Shown here: positions 50,001-64,000 of the stretch, piece by piece | How positions within the stretch are numbered: the stretch's first letter is position 1 | Layout: each line of letters begins with the position of its first letter | Assembly: GCA_963575745.1 (NCBI GenBank) | Contig: CAUYUJ010000003.1 | Coordinates: forward strand, 558,001-622,000 | DNA: 64,000 bases | Direction: 5' to 3' | DNA from: Prorocentrum cordatum | Taxonomy: Eukaryota | Notes under the pieces: model-generated | The model's database searches: none | Seen by the model: only the letters and a program-made list of their open reading frames with translations | What the model was told of the DNA's origin: nothing | Position numbers and translations under genes: made by a program

Positions 50001-53000
50001 ACCAGACTGCCCCAACTGCCCCAAACTGCCCCAGACTGCTCCAAACTGCCCCAAACTGCCCCAACTGCCCCAGACTGCCCCGACTGCCGCAGACTGCCCC
50101 AACTGCCAGAGACTGCCCCAGACTGCCCCAACTGCCCCAGACTGTTACAAACTGCCCCAGACTGTTACAAACTGCCCCAGACTGCCCCAACTGCCCCAAC
50201 TGCCCCAGACTGCCCCAGACTGCCCCAGACTGCCCCAACTACCAAGGGGGCCGGAGGCGGGCGGAGCAACTGAGACGGGTGGGTGGAGCAACAGGGCCAG
50301 CAACTGACCCAGACCGCCTCAACTGCCCCAGACTGCCCAGACTGCCCCAGACTGCCCCAGACTGCTCCATAATGCCCCAAGTGCCCAAGACTGCCCCAAC
50401 TGCTCCAGACTGCCCCAACTGCGACTGACTGCCCCAGATGCCCCAGACTGCCCCACACTGGCCCAACTACCCCAGACTGCCCCAACTGCCCCAGCCTGCC
50501 CCAACTGCCTCTGGCCGCCTAACTGCGCCAGACTGCCCAAGACTGCCCCAGACTGCCCAAGACTGCCCCAGACTCCCCCAAGTGCCCCAGACTGCCCCAA
50601 CTGTTCCAGATTGCCCCAACTGCTTCAGACTGCCTCCACTGCCCCAGACTGCCCCAGACTGCCCCGGACTGCCCCAACTGACCCAGACTGCCCCAACTGC
50701 CCCAGACTGCCCCAGACTGCTCCAACTGCCCCAAACTGCCCCACACTGCCCCAGACTGCCCCAACTGCCCCAGGTTGCCCCAACTGCCCCAGACTGCCCC
50801 AGACTGCTCCAACGGCCTTACACTGCCCCAACTGCTGCAGACTGCCGCAGATTGCCCCAGACTGCCCCAACTGCCCCAACTGCTCCAGACTGCCCCAACT
50901 GCCCCAGACTGCCCCAGACTGCCCCAACTGCTCCAGACTGTCTCAACTGCCCGAGACTGCTCCAGACTGCCCTAACTGCCCCAGACTGCCCCAGACTGTC
51001 ACAGACTGCTTCAGACTGCCCCAGACTGCCCCAACTGCCCTAACTGCCCCAGACTGCCCCAAACTGCCCCAGACTGTCCCAGACTGCCCCAGACTGCCCC
51101 AACTGCCCCAACTGCCAAGGGGGCCGGAGGCGGGCGGAGCAACTGAGACGAGTGGGTGGATCAACTGGGCCAGCAACTGCCCCAACTGCCCCAGACTGCC
51201 CCAACTGCCCCAGACTGCCCCACACTGCCCCAGACTGCCCCAACTGCCCCACAGTGCCCCCCTGCCCCAGACTGCCCCAGAGTGCCCCAGAGTGCCCCAA
51301 CTGCCCCCCAGACTGCCCCAACTGCCCCAGACTGCCCCAACTGCCCAAGACCGCCCCAGACTGCCCCCGACTGCCCCAGACTGCCCCAGACTGCTCCACA
51401 TTGCCCCAGACTGCCCCCCAACTGCCCCAGACTCCCCCAACTGCCCCAGACTTCCCCGACTGCCCCCGACTGCCCCAGATTGCCCCAACTGCTCCAGACC
51501 GCCCCAGACTGCTCCAACTGCCCCAGACTGCCCCAGATTGCCCCAACTGCTTCAGACTCCCCCAGACTGCCCCAGACTGCCCCGACTGCCCCAGACGGCT
51601 CCAACTGCCCCAGACTGCCCCAACTGCCCCAGAGTGCCCCACTCAGTCTGTCCCAACTGCCCCAGACTGCCCCACACTGCCCCAGACTGCCCCAGACTGC
51701 TCCAACTGCCCCAGACTGCCCCAGACTGCCCCAAACTGTCCCAGACAGCCCAAACGGCCCCAGACTGCCCCGACTGCCCCAGCCTGCCCCAACTGCCCCA
51801 GACTGCCCCAGACTGCCCCAGACTGCCCCAACTGCCCCAGACTGCCCCAGACTGCCCCAAACTGTCCCAGACAGCCCAAACGGCCCCAGACTGCCCCGAC
51901 TGCCCCAGCCTGCCCCAACTGCTCCAGACTGCCCCGGACTGCCCCAGACTGCTCCACATTGCCCCAGACTGCTCCCCAACTGCCCCAGACTCCCCCAACT
52001 GCCCCAGACTGCCCCAACTGCCGCAGACTGCCCCAAACTGCCCCAGACTGTCCAACTGCTTCAGACTGCCCCAACTGCCCCAGATTGCCCCAACCTGCCC
52101 CAGACTGCCCCAACCGCCCCAGACTGCCCCAATTTCCCACAAGGAGCTCAAGAAGAGACCAAGAGGGCAGAGGGCCCCACGAGAATGGCGCCCAAAATGG
52201 CGGCTTTGGGTGGGGGGGGGGCAAGAATGCGCCAAGACGGCTCCAAGAGTGCCCCAAGAGGATCCAAGAAGGCCCGGAGAGGCCCAAGGAAGCACTTAGA
52301 TGTCACGCTTGGCTTTTAGCCAAACACCTTCTGGATTACAGAGCCACAGAGTTCGTCTTGGGGCTCTCTTGGCGCCGTCATGGGGCCCTGTTGGGGCTGT
52401 CTTGGGGCTCTAAAAAGGGTCCAAGAAGGGCTGCGAGGGCTCCGAGTGGGGCCCAAGGGGGCACTGAGATGACTCACTTGGTCTCTAATCAAACACCTTT
52501 TTGACTAGAGACCCACAGAGTTCGTCTTGGGGCCATCTTGGAGCCCTCTTGGAGCCGTCTTGGGGCATTCTTGGGGCTGCCCGGGGCCTTACGAGGGGTC
52601 CGAAAAGGCTCCGGGATGGGGCCCCAAGAGGGGCCCTAGGAAACACTTAGATGGCTCACGTGGTCTCTAGTCAAAAACCTTTTTGACTACAGATCCACAG
52701 CTTTGGTCTTGGGGCCTTCTTGGAAGCGTCTTGGGGCCCTGTTGAGGCTGTCCTGGGCCCTAACAGGGGTCCAAGAAAGCCCGAAAAGGGCTCCAAGTGG
52801 GGCCCCGAGAGGACAATGCCAAGCGTCGGGAAACAATCCCAAGCCATCAGCATGTTCATGTTATCTTTGCTGCCGAAATCTCGTCAGGTACGGCGAGACC
52901 CCAATCTTCTTCCATGCCCGAAAACGACCTAGTCAACGAACCTTTCATCCCGAGGTACGGGAAGGGGTACACGACGAGGTTCAAACCTCGAGCCTCTAGG

Positions 53001-56000
53001 TTAACCTTTGGAGAGCATTCCCATCGCCACGGCTGGGCAGCACAAGAACCAGCAACACCAGCAGCAGGACCAGCAGCAGTAGCAGCACCACCACCGTCAA
53101 CAGAAACAATGACACCATCAGCAGGACCAGCAGCAGCACCAACAGCGCAATAACCAACACCATCACCAGCACCAGTAGCAGAGGCATCATCACCACCAAC
53201 AGTACCAGCAACAACAACAGCACCAACAGCAGCACCCACACCCTTCGCTACCAGAGATCTCCCAATTCACCGTTGTTGCCCGCGTTGTTTCACTATGTAC
53301 GTCTCTTCCGCCGTCCCGGAAGAGATCGCCCGCCGGCGCCCCTCCTCCTACTGCTCCTCCCGCTCCTCCTCATCCTCCTCCTTGCGAACGAGACGTAACG
53401 GCCGCCACCCTGCCGATGCAGATCACAATCCACCTCCGCCAAATCTTTCTCATCATCCGTCCTCCTCCTCCTCCTCCTCCTCCTCCTCCTCCTCCTCCTC
53501 CTCCTCCTCCTCCTCCTCCTCCTCCTCCTCCTCCTCCTCCTCCTCCTCCTCCTCCTCTCCCTTCCAGTCCTCCGCCTCCTCCCCCTCCTCCTCGCCCTTC
53601 GCCGCTTGGGTTCAGTTGCTCCGCCGCTCCTCCGTTTGGTTTCAGTTGCTCCGCCGCTTGGTTTCAGTTGCTCCGCGGCCTCGGTCCAGTTGCTCCGCCG
53701 GGGTAAGCCTTTCTAACCTCGAGAAGTTGCGAGCGTCGTCCTTACCATGTTTCGAGCAAGTGTTCCCTTGTTTGGATCATAGGGTAACCAAGCCGCAGAA
53801 TTCACGCTAGGACAGTAGGCTTAGCAGACTCGTCCCGTGTCCCGTTTAATGCGATGCATAATCACGATGCTCTCTCCTGCTCCCTGCGCACCCGCTGGGG
53901 ATCTCCCATGGCTGTGGCAGATGATGCACATGTTCCTGCTGCTGCTGCCGTTGCTAATCCGTGCTAGTCTTTCTCTCCCTCTCTACATGTACGTTTAAAG
54001 AAACCTACGTGTACATACATAAATATATGGATGTAAACGTGCCGCGCAACACTATGTCTCGGCAGCCGTGGCCAGGCACCACCACCCCTCCTCTTGCATT
54101 TCTATTATACATCGCCTCTCTCTCTCTCTCTCCTTGTGACTTCCTTTCTTTCGCCTCTCTCTCGCTCTAACTCCCCTTCCCTGTCTATCTGTCATCTCTC
54201 TCTCTCTCTCTCTCCCTCTCTCTCCCCCATCTCTCTCACATTCTTTCTCACTCTCGCGGCCTTCTGCGGGGCAGCTGCGCCGAACTTGTTGAAAACGCCG
54301 GCGAAAGTGTCCCCTGCAACAGAATTCTGAAACGACATCGACTACGACCTGGGTGCGACAATCAACTCGGTCGGACGCGTGAAGAAATCTGGCACTTCAA
54401 CAATACGGCCGACATTTCTGTCACTCCCGAGGCCATCGCTACCGTCGATTGCAGCAGCCACAGACCTCGTCGCTGCCACTGCCACTGCTGCAGTCGCGGC
54501 TGTCACGGCTGTACTAGTTGCCCTGGCGGTCGTTACTGTTGACTTGTGTTGTTCTGGATACGGCTCCAAAATATGCCGCATTCTCTTCGACATCAACGAA
54601 CTCCAAAAAACTTCCAGAAAGTATCCGTCAGAGCTCGCCAGCGTGACAATAGGAATCATCTTCCTTCTTCCGTACCAGGGCAAAGCACCAACGAAGCTGC
54701 AGGAAAAACATGCCAATCTTCCCCACAATCTCTCTGCACTTGCGAATCATCGGCACCGCTCCCAATGTCCGAAGATTAATGTATCGAATGTCAGAACATG
54801 GCGGGGAGAAAGACATGCGAGAAACAATGCATCCAGGACGCGGAAACCAAACATCCACTCTGAAATTTGGAGCCTCCAAGCCCTCCCCCAATCGTCGTCG
54901 CTGCGCCAGCCTATTGCTGTGGCGGCTTTGGTGTCACTGCGGGAGGCGGCCACCATGTCCAGGAGTTTCTCTTTCTCCAGGGCGAGAGCCCTTGCCTCGT
55001 GACGCGAGGAGCTCACCTTGAGAAGCAAGAGGAAAAAGAGACGGAGAGATGATTGACTACCCCTCTCACCTCGTAGTCATCGTCGTTGGCATCATCGTCG
55101 GCAGTATCTTCACCGTCGTTATGCGCCGTCTGCACATCTGCCAGTTCTGGACGTCTTTCCATGTTCCCTTCTGCAGCGCTGAGAAAAATGTCGCCCTTTA
55201 CTGCAGCCCAGGAGGAATCCGGCCCTTCAAAGGCAGTTGTTCCTCCCATCTCCACCTCGTCTCCTCTGTGGCCCGGAGAGATGGCTATGGCAGGCGCTTC
55301 GGGTGTTCTGGGTTGTCCCCGGAACATCTCTAACGCACTGAATCTCTGAGAGGCCGCCCGAAACCTCTCGAGAAGTTCTGTCATGGGACCCTCCCCCTGG
55401 GCTTGCAGCAATGTGAGGCTGCGGATCGCTCAACTAGAACCGGAAGGAGAGGTGCGCAACGGAAATAGCTAGCCAGACCGTGTCAGAGCTTCCTGGGGAC
55501 CTCGAACCGAACAGATTACAAAAGTGGCCGTCGACCTCGAGCGGTGGATGTAGCAACCCGACGTGCCTGGCGGTCCGTAACGCATGATTCCGCAGCAAGC
55601 TAAAGGATGCCACAATGCGGCTCAGCCTGGGAGGCTGGCAGCAAAAGGCGCAGTCTTTCGACACCTGCTAGGCAAGGGTGAAAATGCATGTGGGATGATT
55701 GGCTTTAGCCCCTCCCCTTTCCTCCTCCCCAGGGTCCAAACTTGCGTTCGAGGGGGAGGGGGGCGGGCGGGGTCACGAATTCACCGGCGCTGCTTCTGGG
55801 CCCCCGGAGAAGCAGGTTTCCAAGACGAGCCAAGAGAACCTCAGGAAGCCCCCATGACAGGCAAAGAGAGCTCGGAGACGGTCCAAGAGCGCTCCTAAAC
55901 GCTCAAGATGGTCTCGAGCAACTCAGGAGACCTCCAAGACAGACCAAGAGCGTTCCAAGAGGCCCCACAAGAGGCCAACATCACAAAGCTGTGCCAATGT

Positions 56001-59000
56001 TTTGACCGAACTGTGGATACTTGCCCTTTTGGGTATCCGACGCTCCAATACGGCCCAAGACCGCCCCGTTATCTGCCTAAAACGGCCCAAGATGCACTCA
56101 AGAGGGCCTCCAGAGAGCCCACAGAGCTGTCAAACAGCCCCAAAGGCTCCCAACACGGCCCAGGACGGCCCCAAGAGTGCCCCAAGTGGGGAAGCAGGTT
56201 TCGACATGTCGAGCTATCCGCTCAAGGATGACCCACGAGACCGCCAGCAGGCCCCCAAGAGGCCTCCCTGCAGCCCCACGAGGCCCCCAAGAGAGCCTCC
56301 AGACAGCCCAAGAGGGGCCCAAGACGGCCCCAAAGGCCCCCAATGCAGTCCCCTCGGCCCCAAGAGAGCCCCAAGAGGGGGACGCGAAACGACGTCTCGA
56401 GCCACTCGCCCCAAGATGACTCCCGAGACCACACGCAGGCCCTTCAGGTACCACGAAGATCATCCTCCGCGCTCTCCTCATCCTCGCCCCCATCTGCAGT
56501 CCCCGTCATTGTCCTCGGCTCGACCTGATCCTCCGCATCTGCCTCCTCCTCCTCCTCCTCCTCCTCCTCCGTCTCCAGGAAGAAGAAGAGGAGGAGAGGA
56601 GACGGTGGTGGGAGGATTGGGGGGCGGGTGGAGAAGGATCTTCCTCCTTCCTCCTCGTCCCCCTCCTCGTCCTCTTCCTCATCCTTTTCGCCCCCCACCT
56701 TCTCCCCCTGCTCGTTTCTTCGGCTGTCTACCCACACTTCCGAGCCTCTCCCCCCCCCCCTCCCCCTGCCCCCCTGTTCCTGCCGGCCGATTCTCCGCCC
56801 GCCCCCTCTCTCCCAAGTGCCATCTCGTATGCTGTTCCCCTCCTCCATCCCCATGCTCCTCACCCTCCGGTGGCAACCCCACTTCCCAAACGTGCCCCTC
56901 CATTCCAATATTCCCCATATGCCATATGCTCGCAGGAGTCAACGTCTATGCGTGTCTGTGGCTATTTTGCCCTTCCTGACCTTCCCCTGAGACCTCCCCC
57001 ATCAAGCGCGGCCTAACCGACCCCTTCATTGACGAGCCCTTTTCGTGACGAGGCGAAGGGGTCCTCACGGAAGAGATCGGTTAGCCAGGGGGTCGGTCAG
57101 GCTGCTCCCCCGACCCCCCTGGGAGCACCCATGGCCCCTGCAGGGAACACCACGTTCTGCGGCAACTCACGGGAGCCTCTCATATTATCTTGCTGGCTCC
57201 TGCCAACCGACGTTGATCGACTCCAGTCGGCGCTAATCGACGACACATTGACGCTCATCGACGCTGAATCGGTACTGTCTCGTCGACTACCAGACGCTAG
57301 TCGACGCTAGCGCACCCTCAATACGGAGTTAGGGTGGTATACAAGGCTGCCGTGATTTGTTACCGAATCATCCTGCTCCTGCTCGTCCCTCTCCTCCGCA
57401 TTCTCCTACCCGTCCCCCTGGGGAGGAGGGTTCTCCATGGAAGAACGACGTGCCTGAATATCGACCCCGTCCCGACCGTTATTGGACATCACGACTGCAC
57501 CGAAAACCAGCTCCCTGTCTTGGTCGACGACTGATACGATCTGATGGCACACAACGGTGACCTAAAATCTCGGACACGTCGCCCCACGTAAAATAGCGCT
57601 ACCGAGAAATACAGGCCCACTCCATGATACATGTGTGATGGCAGCGGAGGGCGCTGAAGAAATGCTGGCGCATGTCTGTTTGGCTACTTGGCGTTGTCCC
57701 AGCCCCCCGACTTCCGCTCGCCGGGAGTGCAAAGGCGTGTGCGAGCCTTGAATGTTCCCGTCTCAGACATGTGTCAATCAAGCATGGCTGAAACCCGTGC
57801 CGCCGTGTACGACATTCTATCCCAGACCTCGCTGTAGCAGCTTCCATGGGCTGCTACCTTCGGCCCTTCGGCTAGGGGTCGGAAGAATAGCGTAAGTCTC
57901 GTGAATAAACATGCGAGCGTAGATGCAATTTGGAGCGCCATACGTACGCTGCCGCCGAGGCCTTGGACGCGGAAACCGGACATCGCCCCTGGACTACGTT
58001 TGAGGTTCTCCGGATCCAACAGGTTGAAACATATCCTTCCTACTATGCTACTCCCAGTTAATCCGTTTCTCCTGCTCCGTTCAAAGCCTGGCCTCACCTC
58101 CAGCCAGCCTTCTCGATCACCCTCCCAGGCCTCCTCCCTTCCATTGCTGTGGCCTCCCCCCGGGATCAGAAAGTACCCGTGCCCTCACCCCTCTGTCCGT
58201 GCTCCGGGTAAGATGGATAGAGGATGGGAGACAGGACATGGAATGGAGGGGAACTGAGGGGAACGTGAGTGAAAGGGAAGGATCATGAAAAGAAGGCGGG
58301 GAGGAGTACGTGAGAAGGCTTTCGCGAAAACTCCTCTAGACTGCCCTGTGTAATGAAAGAGCCCGCGGTACCATGTCCACCAACTTCTCGTTCTGGAGCT
58401 CGAGCTCCTGCATGCGTCTCCGCATTCGCTCGAAGGCGTCCTCATCGGAGCCTGATCCGGGACGCCAGCCATGTTTTTGCCGACCCCGTGCTACAAATGT
58501 GCCGAAACCCATAGCAGAGCTCACCGGCTATTTCGAAGGCAACGTGGCATGGATAAAAGGTTCGAAGGCAACTGGACGCCACTGAACCAAGTCGAATGAC
58601 ACACTGGCGACTGTTGCGATGGTTCGCCGCTGCAGATACAAGACCTCATGTCTGACACTACGGGCTTGTAATACTTGTTGATCCCACAGGACTGTGCAAC
58701 ATATCGCCTTAACCGAAATGGTCAACGCACTATCAGCTACCCAGACCTGGTTATACAGAAACACTGCAAGCTGGTATGAGACGAGTCGTCTCCTGCACCA
58801 AGGTGGATCAACTTGCATGTGAGACCGATTCGATGCAACTGACGAGCCGTCTGTCCGAAAAGGCATCTCTTGTCCAACTTCCGCTGTCGCCGACCCACCT
58901 TCCTGCCTCAATCCACCCTCCACTACGACTCACGCCGAAGATGTTGATGCAGCCTGCGCACTGCCGTTCCCGCGCAGGTGCGAGGCAACTTATTTGATTG

Positions 59001-60563
59001 TGTTGGAATCTGGCCCGGTCGCGGAGAAGGAAGTCGATTCAGACGAGCGCGGCACCTGCCAGCTCGATGCCAGGCATGTATCCCCAGAACAGGTACTCAG
59101 GACGCCCCAGGCGCCCCCTCGATATTCCAGGACTTTGACGAGCGGCGGAAGGGCCGTGGCAGGAGAACCCAACACCTGGAGGTGCCGCACAGCAGTGCGC
59201 AGAGGTGCATGCAGAGGAGAGCACGCGTGAGCCGCGGACGCCGACGTGAAGCGGCCACGCCTGCTCTGGGAGTTGGCGCTCCTGTGCACCGTCTCCTGCA
59301 GGGTAGGCCGTAGGCCCGCAGAACGTGGGCACGTCCTAGCCGCTTCCTTGGCACACGCGTCCTGCACTCGGAAAGGCAAAAGCATACACCAAGTCGTCTG
59401 GTCGGCCACGAAGCTCTGCGTATAGATGCCTCGGCTTCCCAAGCTGCGAGAGGCTGGAGCGCATATGCACCGAACTCATTCGCCAAATCCCTCGGCCCCT
59501 TGGTCGACCAAACGACGTGGGGTATACGTCGACCCCCTCCGATGCACCCGCGCCTGGCACACGGGTGGCTCTTCCCGCCGCGGTGCACGAATCGGGCACT
59601 GCCGACGACTCTGGCGCCCGTCGAGGGCGCAGACCGAGACGAGATATCGGGAAACGAGCAGGGCTCGAATGTTGATGTGAGGCTGGCGCGTGAGTCGGGC
59701 ACAAGCTAAAATCGATTAGGGGATCGTGGATCTGGCGCGTGGGCGCCAGGCCCACGGATCGGGGAAGGCCCCTCCCGAAAACAGAATGCCCAAACCGCCT
59801 GATCTGGCGAAGGAGAGAGCCGATTCTGTACCGAAGCGGGGCCCGTCGCTAGTCCATGCGCCTAAACCCATGTTCGCGCTTCCTCGAGTGGACCTCAGAC
59901 GGTGGAGCAGCAAGGCCGAGCGCAGCAAATCCCCCTGGCTGCCGGGTTTGCAGTAAAGAGCAACTGAACCCGCCGGGGACCCCACACTGGGGTGACCGCC
60001 AGGGTGACTCAGCAGAGGGATATATCTGGCGAGAACCGGGTTACAAGTGCCCTAAGTGGCTTGGGTGGGTTCGATAACTACGCCAAGTGGGCGCAGGCGC
60101 AGCCCACTTAAACTAGATTGCAAGCAATTCAGGGCACGTCTAACCCACGTACGAGCTATACCACGCCAGATATAAGCCACCTTCGCACCCGCGTATGAAC
60201 TCCGGACGCGGTCGCAAGAAACCCTTGCAAGAAACCTAGCCCTGAACATTTGAGCGCAATGTGCGATTTGGGGGGGAAGCGAGAGCATCCCCCACGCAGC
60301 AGCTTCTTTGACGGCCGCGGGAAGTCACCGCGCAGCGCGCGGAGCAAAGAGAAAACCGGGGCACCCTCACGAAGCGCACTTGGTTTCTTGATGCGCGTCG
60401 TCACTGTACCCCCTGAGCAACAAACCCCGCGGTCATCCCAGCAATAGAAGGCCGTCGACCGCTCAGAGCGATTTCCGAGCTTGCCGCCTGATTTCGCGGA
60501 GCGCGACGTGCGACTCCATTCAGACCGCGGCGATGCCGACAGCGGCGACGCCGACAGCGAATC
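43598..60563 (-). CDS. Candidate short exons of a host coiled-coil protein gene (60488-60563, 58372-58451, 54954-55016, 43598-43690); gene model incomplete
   Basis: Each segment is flanked by an AG|G acceptor and a GC, GT or GA donor, with compatible phases: DSLSASPLSASPRSEWSRTSRSAKS(G); SDEDAFERMRRRMQELELQNEKLVDM; VSSSRHEARALALEKEKLLDM (strong pyrimidine tract); ALTSAQPHGGEPSMENEMLREQLSTLREAYQ. Confidence 0.45.
44349..44542. mobile_element. MITE, ~194 bp, 22-bp imperfect TIR
   Basis: TCGGGAGCGGTCAAGAGGGGGG versus the reverse complement of CCCCCCTCTTTCCCGCCCCCGA (19/22). Flanks are ATATC / ATGTC. Confidence 0.7.
45128..45439 (-). CDS. Intronless retrocopy encoding a 103-aa plastid/thylakoid-targeted small single-TM protein (Psb30/Ycf12-like resemblance only)
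   Basis: MVAARSRLLSVAVLLAAGAFVATT (signal peptide), FVPP (dinoflagellate transit-peptide start), AALLGVAAAAVPTAAHA (thylakoid-transfer domain, AxA site), then mature AKAFDPVDTIFKLVALVAVLVGPIIAFLGLQFILPQADMSK. The ORF is intact and the SL ends ~82 nt upstream. Confidence 0.85.
   Translation of the reverse strand: MVAARSRLLSVAVLLAAGAFVATTFVPPPAAAPRAPPSDLPPVQHAALLGVAAAAVPTAAHAAKAFDPVDTIFKLVALVAVLVGPIIAFLGLQFILPQADMSK
45522..45543 (-). other. Genomic DinoSL spliced-leader relic
   Basis: TCCGTAGTCATTTTGGCTCAAG versus DinoSL DCCGTAGCCATTTTGGCTCAAG, 21/22 identical. Confidence 0.95.
48860..52133 (+). repeat. 3.3-kb 9/10-bp satellite ACTGCCCCA(G) with recurring ~60-bp spacers
   Basis: Continuous actgcccca/actgccccag units. 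The spacer gggggccggaggcgggcggagcaactgagacgggtggg occurs at ~48802, 49265, 50244 and 51117. Confidence 0.97.
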
Positions 60564-61320
60564 CTGCTCAGAATGGGCTTGAACTGCAGTGGATCTTCGT
60601 CTTCGTTCTCTCCGTGCCCATATTGCTCGTACGGAATCAGGGTCTGTCAGGCCTGAGCCTGCCAGGCCCCCCACTAGACGAGGTGAGCGGGCGGGAACGG
60701 GGGGGAGGGGGAACTGAACTGAAGTGAACTCGGAGGGTCCGTCCGGCCCCAACCTGCCGGGGCAGTCCACGAGACGAGAGGAGCGGGCAGCAGGGCAGAG
60801 CCCGGCGGCCTGGCGGGCCGCTGCCGCCGGCGCCCGCCACCGCGCCCCGCAGCCCCGAGAGCATGGCCGGGCACCCTGGGGCGCCACGGGCACTGGCAGG
60901 TCCTTTTCCTCCTCCAGTTCCTCCTCCTGCCCTTCTCTCCTTCGCTCCCGCTCTCCCTCCCTCCCTCCTTCCGTCCGTCCATCCATCATCCTCCCTCTCC
61001 TCCTCCTCCTCCTCCTCCTCCTCCTCCTCCCCCTCCTCCTCCTCCTCCTCCTCCTCCTCCTCCTCCTCCTCCTCCTCCTCCTCCTCCTCCTCCTCCTCCT
61101 CCTCTTCCCCTGGCATTCATCAGCCCTGTGCTCGCGCCTTTCGATTCTCCTACACAAAGACCTAGCGCCAGTATTGCCGCGACTAATGATAATCACAAAA
61201 ATGGCAGTCGCAGTTACGGATCTAAGAATAGTAATAATAATAATCGTAAGCATGATGGTCGTGCGAATAATAATAATGATAATAATACTAGTAGTAGTCG
61301 TCGTAAAAAAGAAGTGGCAT

Positions 61321-64000
<2,680 letters not shown>

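Noticed and set aside
48860..52133. Long ORFs (up to 562 aa) and a repeat-spacer look suggesting a CRISPR array or repeat protein
   Set aside because: The ORFs are open in most frames because the satellite lacks stops. Spacers are near-identical rather than unique, there are no cas genes, and the context is eukaryotic.
57010..57086. Small imperfect hairpin (cctaaccgacccctt...aagagatcggttagcc) as ncRNA or MITE
   Set aside because: Short, with several mismatches, no TSD and no second copy in the window.
57600..58960. Possible highly decayed LINE RT fragments (RICFNLLDPE; TDGSS; VLWDQQ..LQRRTI)
   Set aside because: Motifs are too eroded to call by eye.

Overview
This is GC-rich, repeat-dominated eukaryotic DNA, almost certainly a dinoflagellate nuclear genome. 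The basis is a near-perfect DinoSL spliced-leader copy, GA-AG/GC-AG introns and dinoflagellate-type plastid targeting; a Prorocentrum-like source is only my impression. Main contents: (1) a complete but decayed 12.4-kb Ty3/Gypsy LTR retrotransposon (21543-33933, minus) with TG..CA LTRs, GCAA target-site duplication (TSD), tRNA-Pro-like primer-binding site (PBS) and gag-PR-RT-RH-IN. It carries a cytosine-methyltransferase-like domain plus ~600 aa of unexplained, possibly ASCH-like, cargo between RNase H and integrase. (2) A decayed Ty1/Copia-like element (~8.2-16.2 kb, minus) that also has a DNMT-like domain. (3) An intact, intronless, SL-headed, TSD-flanked retrocopy of a small plastid/thylakoid-targeted membrane protein (45128-45439). 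(4) An intron-containing pseudogene resembling DUF3987/YfjI ATPases (3.8-6.0 kb). (5) Probable short exons of a minus-strand coiled-coil host gene (43.6-60.6 kb). (6) Many satellites, MITEs and microsatellites. The most striking unexplained pattern is a gap-free 22-nt DinoSL-like sequence on the sense strand ~40 nt downstream of an AT-rich box. It occurs in both Gypsy LTRs and in the putative Copia LTR, suggesting retrotransposon LTRs that carry their own spliced leader. All domain calls are by-eye motif recognition, not database results.
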